Assembly: GCA_951406725.2 (NCBI GenBank)
Contig: OX597815.1
Location: forward strand, 118,544,001-118,608,000
Source of the DNA: Octopus vulgaris
Lineage: Eukaryota
Length of the DNA stretch: 64,000 nt
Reading direction: 5' to 3'
Made by a program: the position numbers and the translations under genes. Below, piece after piece: positions 12,346-25,490 of the stretch; position 1 is the first letter of the stretch; each line of letters starts with the position of its first letter. Under the pieces are notes generated by a model. It saw only the letters and a program-made list of their open reading frames with translations, ran no database searches and was not told where the DNA came from.

Positions 12346-12709
12346 CAGTGATTCTCAACCGGGGTCTATATGGCCCCTGTGAGTCCATATAAGATTGGGG
12401 TGGGGGCGTGCAACAAAACAGTAAATTGAGCATCCACAATAATATTGCAAGGGCGCCTGAAAAAATTTTACTTTAAATGTATGTATTAGAATGTGTTGCA
12501 AGAAACAGCCACGCTTTTTTTTTCCTCAAACATTTTTACATAGTTCAACCTACAAAAGTTAATGTGTTAAAAACAAAAAGAGGAATTTTGAAAGAGGTTT
12601 CTATAAAACTAGTTTTTAAACATTGAATGGCTATGGGGGTCCACCAGAATGAAATAGTAATCAAAGGGCTCCATAGATAAAAAAAAAAAAGAAAGAAATA
12701 GTTGAGAAT
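12346..12709. mobile_element. hAT-like MITE, right end interrupted by a SINE
   Basis: Left TIR cagtgattctcaacc; right gttgagaa cut by SINE A, with cctctg resuming at about 13253-13258; no convincing TSD. Confidence 0.55.
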
Positions 12710-12868
12710 AGGCACCAGGCGTGTCTGTGTGGTAAGAAGCTTGCTTCCCCAAAAAACAATATAGTTCAGGGTTCAGTCTTCTAATATAACCTCGAGACAA
12801 CCAAAGCCTTGTAAGTAGATTTGGTAGACTGAAACTGAAACAAGCCCGTCATGTATATATATACATAC

Positions 12869-12938
<70 letters not shown>

Positions 12939-13250
12939 ATGTATGTGTGTGTGTGTATGTATGTATGTGTGTGTATGTATGTATGTATGTGTGTGTGTGT
13001 GTATGTATGTATATGTATGTGTGTATATGTTTGTGTGTGTGTGTGTGTCTGTGTTTGTTCCCCCATCATCGCTCGACAACTGATGCCGCTGTGTTTACGT
13101 CCCCGTAACGTAGCGGTTTGGCCAAAGAGACGGATAGAATAAGTGCTAAGCTTACGAAGAATAAGTCCTGGGGTCGATTTCTTCGATAAAATCCTTTAAG
13201 GTGGTGCTCCAGCATGGTCGCAGTCAAATGACTGAAACAAGTAAAAGAGT
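12710..13250 (+). mobile_element. SINE family A
   Basis: Head, expanded (TATG)/(TG) interior, 3' half and tail. Confidence 0.85.
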
Positions 13251-13952
13251 AACCTCTGGCTAACTAAAAGTCTGAAAACCGGCGTGGACGTTTAGAACAG
13301 ACTTATGAAAATGCTTGGAACGGGCAAGGGGTTCAGGTTAAATCTATACTTCCGCCCGGATTATAAACGTTCAATAAAAACGTAATTATATAATACGGCT
13401 CCCTCTGTGACAGTCACTAAAATGTTTTATATAGTTACTTAATGCTCACTATGCTTCAGTTTAATTTAGCATGGGCCTTCTCCAACAGCCATCACAGTAC
13501 GAAACTACGGTCAAGCTGCTGTCAAACTGCCGTCAATTTCCTGACACTTCCCAACAGTCAAATATTGGTATAATCATGGGTATAGACATCTTTGTTCCGC
13601 TTGGCAGCCATTTTGTTCTGGGCTCGTACTCTCTGCGGGGTAACTTAAGCAGGTATTTTCTCGCATTTTTTCAACTATGCTTTGCGAGCAGAGTTTGATT
13701 GGCAAAGAAAGGACCATTTGTGTGTGTGTGTCTGTGTTTGTGTGTTTGTGTTTGTGTTTGCGTGTGTGTGTGTGTATGTGTGTGTGTTAGTGTTGTAGAT
13801 GTTTATATATACTAGTCATCCATTTACAAAAACTGTGCTTTATGATCGATGAATTTTGGGATTCATTGAGTTACAGACACAATAAATGCAGTTCGTTGGA
13901 AATATTTAGCCTAAGACGCTATTGTTGACAAAATGCGATATTTTATATCACG

Positions 13953-14015
<63 letters not shown>

Positions 14016-14374
14016 ACACACACACACATACACACACACACACAAACATTAAAGAAACTTATTGGACATAGTGGAAGCAATGCGAGACGAATTATCAAGC
14101 CAAACTACAAAAAAGAAACATGGCAAAGTTCGAGTTTCTATATTTTGGGGATACGGTCCCCTTCTTCAGGATATGTGAACAAAAGAAGGATGGACAAATG
14201 CCGTTGCTCAGATGTATAGGAGAGGACGATGGCGTGCTCATTCCATACCCAACCCAAAGTCAATTTTTGCCTGTCGATCACTTAATTGCCAGTATACTAC
14301 CAAGCCCACCGCAAAATGACTACAATCGAAGTAACGGCTAGATTATATTTATAAGCAATCCTATGTTACTCGAT

Positions 14375-14573
14375 ATACTCTCTTTTACTCTTCACTCTTT
14401 TATTTGTTTCAGTCATTTGACTGCGGCCATGCTGGAACACCGCCTTCAATCGAGCAACTCGACCCCGGGACTTATTCTTTGTAAGCCCAGTACTTATTCT
14501 ATCGGTCTCTTTTGCCGAACCGCTAAGTGACGGGGACATAAACACACCAGCATTAGACACACAATCACACACG

Positions 14574-14609
<36 letters not shown>

Positions 14610-14778
14610 CATATATACGACGGGCTTCTTTCAGTTTCCGTCTACCAAATCCACTCACAAGGCTTTGGTCGGCCAGAGGCTATAGTAGAAGACACGTGCC
14701 CAAGGTGCCACGCAGTGGGACTGAACCCGGAACCATGTGCTTGGTAAACAAGCTACTTACCACACAGCCACCCCTGCG
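14375..14778 (-). mobile_element. SINE family A, full length
   Basis: Close to consensus throughout. Confidence 0.85.
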
Positions 14779-15727
14779 TTTATTTATATCAATGAAACAT
14801 GTTTGTTGAAATGTTTAAAATCTCTTTAAAAACGACATGTTGATAAACATAATACTTAGATACATAAAATATAGTTCTGTGTTTGTAGAAGCAATCATAA
14901 GACCTATCCCTTCTGTCACCAAAAACAAATCACAACCTTTACACTCCCATTTGGTTTTTATAACTCCTATCAATCTTCTCCCTTTCTGCTTGTCTTCCTT
15001 TCTGTTTATTTTGTATTCATTTACTTGTTTTATATGCTACATTCTTTAAACACTATTATATTTAAAGCCCCAGTTCTTCCTGTTCTAGTTCACCCCACCT
15101 CTCGTCTAGGGTTGTTTACTTCCCTAACATTTGCGTTTGTCTTCCCTTTTTCCTTTTAAAAAGTTACGTAACAAACTACTCGCTTTAAATTATCTCCCCT
15201 CATTCTTCTTCTCAATTTCCTCCCATCTTTCTCTAGCTTATTTCTCTTTCTCTCTCTTTTTTCTCTTAACTAACTCTCTCACCCTCTGTTACTTACATAA
15301 TGTTTTCACTCAACTCAGACACACATAACTGTTATTATTGTTTTAATTAGCACCTGAGCTGACAGCTCACTGTGTCCCTGATTTGTCCGGTCAAGGTGAC
15401 CAAACTGGGTCATGTAGTGTCGCTGACACTTTGAACAGTAAACGGAAAAGAAAATATTCTGTTAGACCATGTTATAGTAGATTCCATAATGTTAATAACG
15501 ACAGTTTATCGCAGCACCGCATCATTCTTTCCTTAGCATACACAAAAGATATTTTTTAACACAACGGAGTTGAAATTAGAAAGACAGTTGTTTTTTACTT
15601 TCATTGCTGCTGCCTAAAGAAATCAAACAAATATTTAGAAGCATTCAAATCCTCGCATTCCTACAGCAGCTAATCTCAACTTCATGGATAAAAAGTGTAC
15701 CTCATTACTCCTGGAAATAAACGTGTT

Positions 15728-15800
<73 letters not shown>

Positions 15801-15886
15801 CATATATATATATACATATATGTATATATATATATATATATATACATACACACACACACACACACATATGTATATATGTATGTATG

Positions 15887-15917
<31 letters not shown>

Positions 15918-15974
15918 ATATGTATATATGTATCTATATATGTATATATGTATGTATATATGTATATATGTATG

Positions 15975-16006
<32 letters not shown>

Positions 16007-16239
16007 TGTATGTATGTATGTATGTATGTACACCAGAATAAGCACATAAATATGAAACAAAGTGGAGAAAAATAGTACTCGAATAATGGAGGTAGAGTAA
16101 TATGCTTATATATATAATGAAGTCAGAGCAAGTGATGATATTTTAAATGCATTTGATATACACGCTTCGGATGTTTGCCCAATAGATAAAAAGAGAATTT
16201 CATCTCTAACGCAAAATCTCCCTCAGGCACGACACAACA

Positions 16240-16310
<71 letters not shown>

Positions 16311-16541
16311 TGTGTGTGTGTAGTAAAGCGTATTTGCCAACAGAATGTGGCAGTCCTACACAGGACGATGTTACTACTGTTTAACCCCAGGAAAATATCT
16401 TCTCCAGCTGTCTACCGACACAGTTTGTGTCTATATAGCTTAAAGAAAGGGAGATTATTGCTCCCATCTTTAGCCTTCGTGATACTCACAGACTTAGGTT
16501 TATGATTATATATAAAAATATTTATTACACACACACACACA

Positions 16542-16593
<52 letters not shown>

Positions 16594-16671
16594 AGTATAT
16601 ATATATATTGACCGTTAAATTCACAAGTTTTTTTTTATTCTCTCTCTCTCTCTGTTTATTTCCTCGTGTTC

Positions 16672-16707
16672 CTTTCTGTTGAAAAGCGTAGGCTCGAAAC
16701 GTAAAAG
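16672..16707 (+). ncRNA. Minimal hammerhead motif, A6U variant (same family as 4525)
   Basis: cttt CTGTTGA a aagc-gtag-gctc GAAA cg TA aaag; downstream flank homologous to 4560-4640. Confidence 0.6.
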
Positions 16708-16810
16708 ACTTTCTCACCTTCCCGAGGGTCAAACTAATACACCTGCTTGTTGCTTATACACCTGTCTTCGTCTTTTGTTTTTCTGTAAATTTCAACTATA
16801 TATATATATA

Positions 16811-17908
16811 GTTACGTAGGTAACCAAGTCAGTAGCGGGGGGGGGGGGACTGAAAGTGTAGCTGCTACAATAAGAATAGCCTGGACAAAGTTCAGAGAGC
16901 TCTTACCTCTGCTGGTAACAAAAGGCCTCTCGCTCAGAGTAAAAAGTAGACTGTATGACGCATGTGTACGGACAACCATGCTACATGGCAGTGAAACATG
17001 GGCTGTGACTACTGAGGACATGCGTAAGCTTGCAAGGAATGAAGCCAGTATGGTCCGCTGGATGTGAAATGTCAGTGTGCATACTTGACAGAGTGTAAGT
17101 ACCTTGAGAGAAAAGGACCTAAGAAGCATCAGTTGTGGTGTGCAAGAGAGATGATTGCACTGGTATGGTCATGTGGCGAGAATGGACAGGATAGCTGTGT
17201 GAAAAAGTCCCACACCCTAGCGGATGAGGGAACCTGTAGAAGAGATAGACCCAGGAAGACCTGGGATGAGGTGGTGAAGCACGACCTTCGAACATTAGGC
17301 CTTAGCGAGGCAATGACTAGTGACTGAGACCTTTGTAAATATGCTGTGCTTGAGATGACCCGGCAAGCCAAGTGAGACCATAACCCATGGCCTCTGCCAG
17401 GGGTGCAACCAGCCCACTTATGCGTACCTTTCCTTCATCGGACACTAAACTCTGCTTGCGAAGACCTGTTGAGGCAAGTGAAATCGAAATCGAAATCATA
17501 TTCGATGACTGGCATCCGTGCTAGTGGAGTGCTAAGAGCACCATCCGAGCGTGATCGTTGCCAGAGTAGCCGGCTGGCTTCCGTGCCGGTGGCACGTAAA
17601 AAAGCACTATTCGAGCGTGATCGTTACCAGCATCGCCTTATTGGCACTTATGCAGGGGGCACGTAAAAAACACCATTTGAGCGTGGCCGTTGCCAGTACC
17701 GCCTGACTGGCCCTCGTGTCGGTGGCACGTAAAAGCACCCACTACACTCTTGGAGTGGTTGGCGTTAGGAGGAGCATCCAGCTGTAGAAACTGTGCCAGA
17801 TCAGGTTGGAGCCTGGTGCAGCCATCTGGTTCGCCAGTCCTCAGTCAAATCGTCCAACCAGCATGGAAAGCGGACGTTAAACGATGATGTTGATGATGAT
17901 GATGATGA

Positions 17909-17912
<4 letters not shown>
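16811..17912 (+). mobile_element. 5'-truncated RTE-clade LINE (ORF C-terminus, 3' UTR, (GAT)n tail)
   Basis: Frameshifted translation IRIAWTKFRELLPLL..LYDACVRTTMLHGSETWAVT and RPRKTWDEVVKHDLRTLGL; ends aaacgatgatgttgatgatg. Confidence 0.9.
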
Positions 17913-17961
<49 letters not shown>

Positions 17962-18049
17962 GAGTATAAATATTATCCGAATCTTATAGTATTAAGTATC
18001 CATCACGGCTGGTCTTAATCGGTTTCGCACAAAAAACTACAATGGAGTT

Positions 18050-18360
18050 TTAGGTAACAAACCAATTATATAGATACGCTCTGATAAGCGTATTTATATA
18101 ACTGGTGTGTTGCCTAACACTCAATTGTATTTTTTGCACGAGCCATGATGGATACTTAATTCTGTAAAATCCGGATAATATACCTATTCTACTATCAGTT
18201 ATGTGAGTGCACTTATGGTCTCTTAAACGACTCGCACATATATAGAATCGATGAGCTTTTACCTTCCTTGAGTTTTCTCCAATGTTCATTTACCCGCTCT
18301 CGAATGCTTCTTGCCATTTCCCTACGTATGTCGTTGTCTTGTTACTGCATCGTCCCTCTA
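18050..18360 (-). pseudogene. Penelope-like GIY-YIG endonuclease remnant
   Basis: Minus strand, frameshifted: C..TYVG / MARSIRERVNEHWRKLKEGKSSSILY, resembling YxGxTxRxLxxRxxEH. Confidence 0.5.
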
Positions 18361-18489
18361 TACATCTTATACTATAGACTACATTTCTGGCTTTACAGTT
18401 TGTTTGTGGTCTAAATCTACATACAGTACAGTACTTATCCGTACAGGGGGTTCTACTAAAAGATAGGTTCTACCGATTATAGATTATAG

Positions 18490-18915
18490 ATACATACAAG
18501 CATATGTAATGATAATAATAATAAGTGGATGTAAACACATGAACAAAATAAGAATAAACAAAAACAACAAAAACAAATTACATGAACGTATATAAACAGA
18601 AGATACAAATACTACAGGCATCCCCCCACACACACACTAAATAAACATAGACGCACATAAAGATATAAGCATACGCAAAAGAAGACATACAATAGAAATA
18701 CAAAATGGCTGACGGTTAGTAAGGAGAGACACAAATAGGAAAGAAGAAAACAAAGGACCACTGATGCGGTCACAGGAGTGTGACGAAAGAACTCTGGCCG
18801 AAGTAAGATTAAGATTAATGTAAAAAATAAATAACACTGAAGCAAAGTAACACAAAATGTATAGTGCGTGTGTTTTTATTGGCTAAACTGGCAAAATGAC
18901 CATTCCGAAATATAA
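18490..18915 (+). mobile_element. Penelope-type pLTR-like repeat; third copy of the 59.5-61.0 kb arm
   Basis: Colinear with 60600-61010 and contains the hammerhead variant. Confidence 0.8.
18755..18799 (+). ncRNA. Type-I hammerhead motif, A9C variant
   Basis: ggacca CTGATGC g gtcaca-ggag-tgtgac GAAA g-aa-c TC tggcc: 6-bp stem II; stem I with one bulged A. Confidence 0.65.
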
Positions 18916-18928
18916 TAATAATAATAAT

Positions 18929-19013
<85 letters not shown>

Positions 19014-19789
19014 ACACATACACACACATATATGTACGCATATATACGCGTGTGTGAGACAAAACACGATTATGTTCATGTTTGAACTTTTTTTAGGGAT
19101 GATTAAAAATACATTATATTTCCTAATTAGTCCGTTATTGTAACAATAACGTTTCTGAAACCATTTATCGAATATTTCGAAATCTTCACCATTTCGCTTG
19201 CACTCGGTCACATACCAGATGAATGGATTTCATAACATTGTTCCAAACCAGACACAAGGGTCTGATACGGAAATATGGAAAGTCCGTAACAGAAAAAGAG
19301 ATCACAGTTGATCGTAGAAGTGCTTTTATTATAACATGTTAGAAAAAAAAGCTGTATCCTATTCACACACACACACACGTACAAAGGAAAACATACACAT
19401 ACAAACAAATTCATACGACGGGCTTCTTTCACTGATGAGTGTGTGTGACTGTGTGTGTGTTTGTGTGTGTGTGTGTGGATGTGTGTGTGGGTGTTTATGA
19501 TTGCTTCATCTTGATAAATGATAGCTGTCCGATCAACTCACGCACCACACCCCATCACACAGCGTTGATGAGACCGCAGATGACGTTTAAGATTAGCTGC
19601 TGACTGACAGGGTTTAAAATACAAGTGACAGGTTTTATTCAAGTTTCAGTCTACATCTTAGCACTTTTGGATCTGATTCTGAAGGAATGTTTTCCTTCAG
19701 AAAGGTAACAGAAATATATATATATTTGACAACATAAACTTCCACAAAGCGGACACAAACTCCTAAATCCAAACTAGCTGCGGCAGGGA

Positions 19790-20360
19790 CTGTCTAACAC
19801 AGCTCTTAACCCACATCGATGATATCCTTAAATCATTGGGATCAAGTTCAAACTTTGATGTCACATAGCTTGGCTTTAGTAAAGCGTTCGACGGAGTTGA
19901 CCATAATTTTCTAATGTAAAAATTGTCAAATGTTGGAATCCGTGGAAAACTTCTTCACTGGATTGAGTATTTCCTGGAAAACAGAGCAGAACATGTGATT
20001 GGTGGAGTTCACTCAAGCCCACAAAAGTCAACAGGTGGTGTCCCTCAGGCGACTGTCTTGGGCTCGCTCCTCTTTATAGTTTATATTAACGACTTCTTCA
20101 GCATCATAAAACACAGCAAAGTTAAAATATTTGCTGATAACTATAAGCTCCAGAAAAGTATCAATGAAAAAGAAGACCGGACTCTCCAATCGGATCTACA
20201 TGCTGTGATTCAATGGGCAGTCAAAAACAAAAAGCAACTAAACGAGGAAAAATTTGAGCTGAGCATTTTCGAAGAAAGACTACGTTAAAACAGCCATACT
20301 CTCTTCCTTCGGGCAACAGCTCATAGCACCTAATAGCATCAGGGACCTAGCAGAGATTCA
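19790..20360 (+). pseudogene. Decayed CR1-group LINE RT fragment related to the element at 3-1220
   Basis: GGVPQATVLGSLLFIVYIND, KIFADNYKL and LQSDLHAVIQWA, with stops and frameshifts. Confidence 0.88.
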
Positions 20361-20639
20361 ACTGACAATCCAATAATTTATTTATATCATATACAACATA
20401 AGATACTATGAATATAACATAATATAATATAACATTTTATATTATATTATATTTATTAGCAATTTTGTTATATTATAATATAAATAAATTATCTCTCTAT
20501 TTAATTTGTTGTTTATAATTTGCATTATACCCATATTCCTGTGGTATTCAACTGACGTACCAATGAATTTAGTATTTTACACAACCCTTTCAAGGAACTC
20601 CCTTCCTTTGTTTGTTACTTTATAAACATACATACATAC

Positions 20640-20770
<131 letters not shown>

Positions 20771-20771
20771 A

Positions 20772-20816
20772 ACTAGACCATTTTAATCCCGAGCAACGTC
20801 GGGTATCGCTGCTAGT
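20772..20816 (+). mobile_element. Helitron-like 3' terminus
   Basis: Hairpin cccgagcaacgtcggg followed 8 nt later by CTAG|T. Confidence 0.5.
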
Positions 20817-21069
20817 ACTACAAAGAGAAACTACAAGAGAGACTAGAAGAGGAATAAACAGAGAAAAGGGCAACAAAAAGAGCGAGACAGACAAAGAACA
20901 AAGTGTCTTTTTCTTTCACTTTTCTATAGGCAAGGCTTCTTTCTCAATACTTATATTAGCTACATACGAATATGAAGATCATAAGTTCGATCTTCACCTA
21001 GATTGCAATATTTTTGCCCAAACGTAGTCGCAGCCAACTAGATGCAACTAAACTAAAATTAAATAGGTG

Positions 21070-22159
21070 TTATGTCATCCTCTATTATTTTATGAAATCA
21101 ATATCATATTAACAGTATTGGGTGGTATAGTTTATTATAGTGTATACATGCTACCGAAAATATTCAGAAAAGCTGAAATCTGGATTTAGCAAGACAAGGC
21201 ACTTTTCGTTTGCTACTGATATACTTTCGTGCTTTTTAACACTATACGTCAACACGAGAAGCTTTCTCGTGACGAATACTGCAGTTTTCTGAGCAATTTA
21301 TGCAATAAGTTTATCATATTTTTGAATATATTTATATACGGTTGGTATATTTGTAAACAACTCAGCTGCGATGACTTTAAAAGAAAATCAAAAATGCGAG
21401 AAAATGGATACATAGTATTCATTTCTGTGCAAATCATAGTTTCGAACTAGGAACTTCTAGGCCTTCACATTTTCACTGCGTCACTTCTCAACGACTGAGT
21501 AAACAGATATATAAGGCATTATTTCTTTATTGTCTGTTCTGCGTTACATTACTTCTATTGCATCATCTATTATGTTATGTACTTGTTTATTTATTCCTGT
21601 GCATTGGTCAGTTTCAAATGTACGCAATTTAGATAATATCATCCTGTTGTACTGCTGAGTTACTTTTCTTCCTGAAAGGCGACGTTTCATTCAACTGATA
21701 CTCCAAGAGTCACGTGGCAAATCACATTCTTAGGTCTTTGTGTTGCAAGCTTTTCGGGATGGTATCTCTTCAATTGTTATTAACAAATCAGTCTGAAGCG
21801 AATCAAATATGCAAGCCAAATTTCGTGGCTTCAACTAGGAAGTGAACATCACAATCATTAACACCAATTAAACAGATTACACATTCATAGTTTGTTATAA
21901 AAAAAAAGAAGAAAAAAACGAAAAAGAGGAAAATGTCATAAAAAACGTACATTGCTCCTACGCTATGCACAAAGTAAAAAAAAACAACCAAAAGACCCTC
22001 TTCGCTTAAGAAGGGCCATGGGATGCACCTAGAGAGTTCCCCTCTAAGGAATAAATCTGGGCAAGGTTGTTTATGGAAGGCTGACAGTTTTCGTGTATGC
22101 CAACCTCCCCTCTCCACTGACGTTACCCAAGATAAAGGCCGATACAGCTTGGCGCCAGT
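21070..22159. repeat. Left arm of a ~1.05-kb inverted duplication
   Basis: Reverse complement of 25318-26340; mirrored ORFs 21229..21450(+) and 25960..26181(-) are nearly identical. Confidence 0.95.
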
Positions 22160-22971
22160 ATCTCTTTTGTAAGTTTTTTTTTTTCAATCAAAGCATTCAT
22201 TCTTGGGCTTTGTAGGAGTTTAGGCAAGTTTAATTTTATGACGTAGAATATGTTAGTTATTCCAGGACTGTATGTGTTAATGAACGAATTCCCTCTGCCA
22301 ACGTGCAAGAATTCACAGGTAACATGTCCAGCAAGAAGAACTGCGAAAGATCCCATTGAGTAAGCATCTAGAAATATGCGGAGACGGAAAATTCAAAATC
22401 TTTCCCTTTTACAAATGTACATGGGACGATCCACAATAACGAAAGGCAATGGAACTACACTTCATAAAAAGATTCTCTCCGAAATTAAATGTTTGAAAGA
22501 GAAAAAAGAAAACGAAGAATACATTTTGTATGTATGTATGTATATGTATATATGTATGGATATGATATATATAGTTATTTTATTGTACTAATGTATTTTC
22601 ATACAGAACTACACCTTAACAAAAATTTAAAAAATAAATGTATGACAGGAATATATTCTAAATATAACTCAAAGAATATAAAAAGAAAGGACTAAAACAG
22701 AAAGGGCAGGAAAACACTTTTTTATTATTTATTATTTATTATTCTCTATTTTTTCTTCTTTTTTACTTTTTTCCTTCTTTTCTTACCATCCCTAAAAAAC
22801 ATTTCAAAACAATGGTGTAAGTAGTAAATAAATTTTTACTTTTATTTATTTATTTATTTGACATTCCTTAAAAAGACCATTTTAATACAATGAAAAGTGG
22901 TGGATAGGAAAATGAATAGCCCTTCTCTCCCTCTTTTACCCTACCCATCTCTCTATCTGTCTGTCTGTATT

Positions 22972-23042
<71 letters not shown>

Positions 23043-23055
23043 GTCCATCTGTCCG

Positions 23056-23113
<58 letters not shown>

Positions 23114-23374
23114 CCTCTTCCATTGTATTCAAAGCATCACCCGAAAAAAAAACAATGTTCTCTTATTTACAAAATCCCCAAAATCATCTGTATCATATAA
23201 ATAAGCAAGATATCTGTATATTCACAGAATTGCATCTTACACGTTCGAAAGACGAACGAAAGCGCTAATATGAAAAAGGAAGATATAATAATAATAATAA
23301 AGTTCTTTCCAAAATTCTGACGACTTTTTTCAATATTCTATTCTGTACATCACACCTAACACTCTACCCCCACC

Positions 23375-23425
<51 letters not shown>

Positions 23426-23430
<5 letters not shown>

Positions 23431-23700
23431 CAATAATTAAGGTTTGGCAACAAGTTGCTTAACCACATACCGAAAAATTTAGAAATAGTAGCCAAAAAGA
23501 CCGTTATTTCTTTTCGCTACAAAATATGACTCCACAGACAACCCTCTCTGTAACTCACACAGGCAAAAAAAAAGAAGGAAAACAATGAAATGGAGTCATA
23601 TTTTGTAGCGAAAAGAAATAACGGTCTTTTTGGTTGCTATTTCTAAATTTTTCGGTATGTGGTTAAGCAACTTGTTGCTAAACCCTTAATTATTGTTATA
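23426..23700. repeat. Fold-back, about 109-bp arms, 56-bp spacer
   Basis: aacaataattaagg...atatgactcca / tggagtcatat...ccttaattattgtt. Confidence 0.93.
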
Positions 23701-23734
23701 ATTATATATAAAACTTCTTGTATAATATCTTATA

Positions 23735-23997
23735 TAGATCATAAGGCAGGTTGCACTACACTATCAAGCAAAATTTGGGAACTCAAAACTGATAATATTA
23801 AATATAACCTAAAATGGGAAATAGTTAGAAGAAGGGCAATACCTTACAGAAATAATAGAGTAGGCTGTCAACTCTGTTCTATGGAGACCTACTAGATTTT
23901 AAAGTATAGAAAAAATAAAAATCTACTAAATAATCGTCTAGAGTTAGGTTAGTCTTGCATTCATTCAAAAAACAGAACTTTAAAATATTTCAAATAG
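23735..23997 (+). pseudogene. Penelope-like GIY-YIG endonuclease C-terminal remnant
   Basis: TTLSSKIWELKTDNIKYNLKWEIVRR..PY...CQLCSMETY*ILKY..NLLNNRLEL..CIH. Confidence 0.8.
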
Positions 23998-25164
23998 AAA
24001 TTTGAAGGTTTTCCTATGGTTTTCTAACTGTATCTTTTAATATAATAATAAATAGAAAATATACTATGCCAACTTTTAATTGACATTATAGTTAACTAAA
24101 TTAACCTTACTTAAATCATAGAATTGCCCATTTTCCCAATTCTATTCTAAATTTAGCATGTAATACTATTCCCCCAGTTATAATCTGACTTTCACTATAT
24201 ATTTGACCCTTTGCTATTGAATTTAATTGACCTCTAGATAGTGGCCTAGATTCTTTCTCACCATATAAAAGTAAAAGTTAAAATAAAAATAAAAATAAAA
24301 ATAAGTAGCCTTCTATTCTAGTGTTAACCTTGATTTTCTTACTGTATCTTTCTCTGCCGATAACCTAAAACCCTCTTATTTCTTTCCTTATATCTCCCTT
24401 TCTCCTTTGGTTCCTGAGGCAGGCCGTGCTTTGTACTCTTATGCAAAACACTTCATTTTACTCAGCTTTAAACATATAACCCTGCATCGGTGTGGCTTCC
24501 TCATCCAAAGAAATGTTATGATCTCGGCCACTTATTCATCATGGAAATCGGGCGACCAGCCCTAAGAGTTTTAGGCCTCGAGACAATATTTTTCAGGGGT
24601 TAATTATGATGATATCAAGGACCGCATTATTGATTAGTGACAACTAATATACCATGGCCTCCTCCACTCCGCCTACAACCAACCTTATAAAATAACATAG
24701 GTACAAAATAATGTGAAATATACTTGAAAATTCTCCTTCCATTTTACTAGCATTCCTTCACTCCGATCCACCCTGATTCCAGCCAGTACCTAATATCGAC
24801 ACACAAACCGAACCATTAAGCTACGGTGACGTAAACACTCTAACACCGGTTGTTTAGCGGTAGGGTAGGAGGTGGGGGACAAACATAGACACCAACACAC
24901 ACATACATTAGGATAGAGATATCACAGCTTACTCAATTGAAAATGATCTTTAACATACTACTGGTTCAGACCTCTTTCCTTCCAAGCGTTCCACTTGGTT
25001 TATGATTGAGAGAGAGATGCCAGAGTATCTACATCTACTTACGACTACGGGATCAGCAAAAACTATTATTGAAAATATGGTATATGCTATCAGATTATAC
25101 TCGGCTATGGTATATCATAGTTTTTTTGTTTTGTTTTTTGAAATTATATATTTTCACTAAAACT

Positions 25165-25490
25165 GGCTCATGGCTCAGTGGTTAGAGCGTCGGACTCACA
25201 ATCATGAGGTAGTGAGTTCGATTTCCGGACCGGGCTCTGTGTTGTGCTCTTCTTGAGCAAGACACTTTATTTCACGTTACTCCAGTTAACTTAGCTGTAG
25301 AAATGAGTTACAACGTCACTGGCGCCAAGCTGTATCGGCCTTTATCTTGGGTAACATCAGTGGTGAGGGGAGGTTGGCATACACGAAAACTGCCAGCCTT
25401 CCATAAACAACCTTGCCCAGACTTATTCCTTAGAGGGGAACTCTCTAGGTGCAACCCATGGCCCTTCATGATCGAAGAGGGTCTTCTGGT
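25165..25490 (+). mobile_element. tRNA-derived SINE (family C head)
   Basis: A box tggctcagtggttagagc, B box gagttcgatttcc and cttgagcaagacacttt. Confidence 0.75.

Noticed and set aside
13340-13670. Possible promoter or first exon (acttccgcccgg; minus-strand aaaatggctgcc)
   Set aside because: The ATG frame stops after 17 codons and such short motifs are expected by chance; support is insufficient.
16150-16230. Minus-strand CTGAGGG...GAAG hammerhead-like motif
   Set aside because: Two core mismatches and no stem I; at most a decayed copy.
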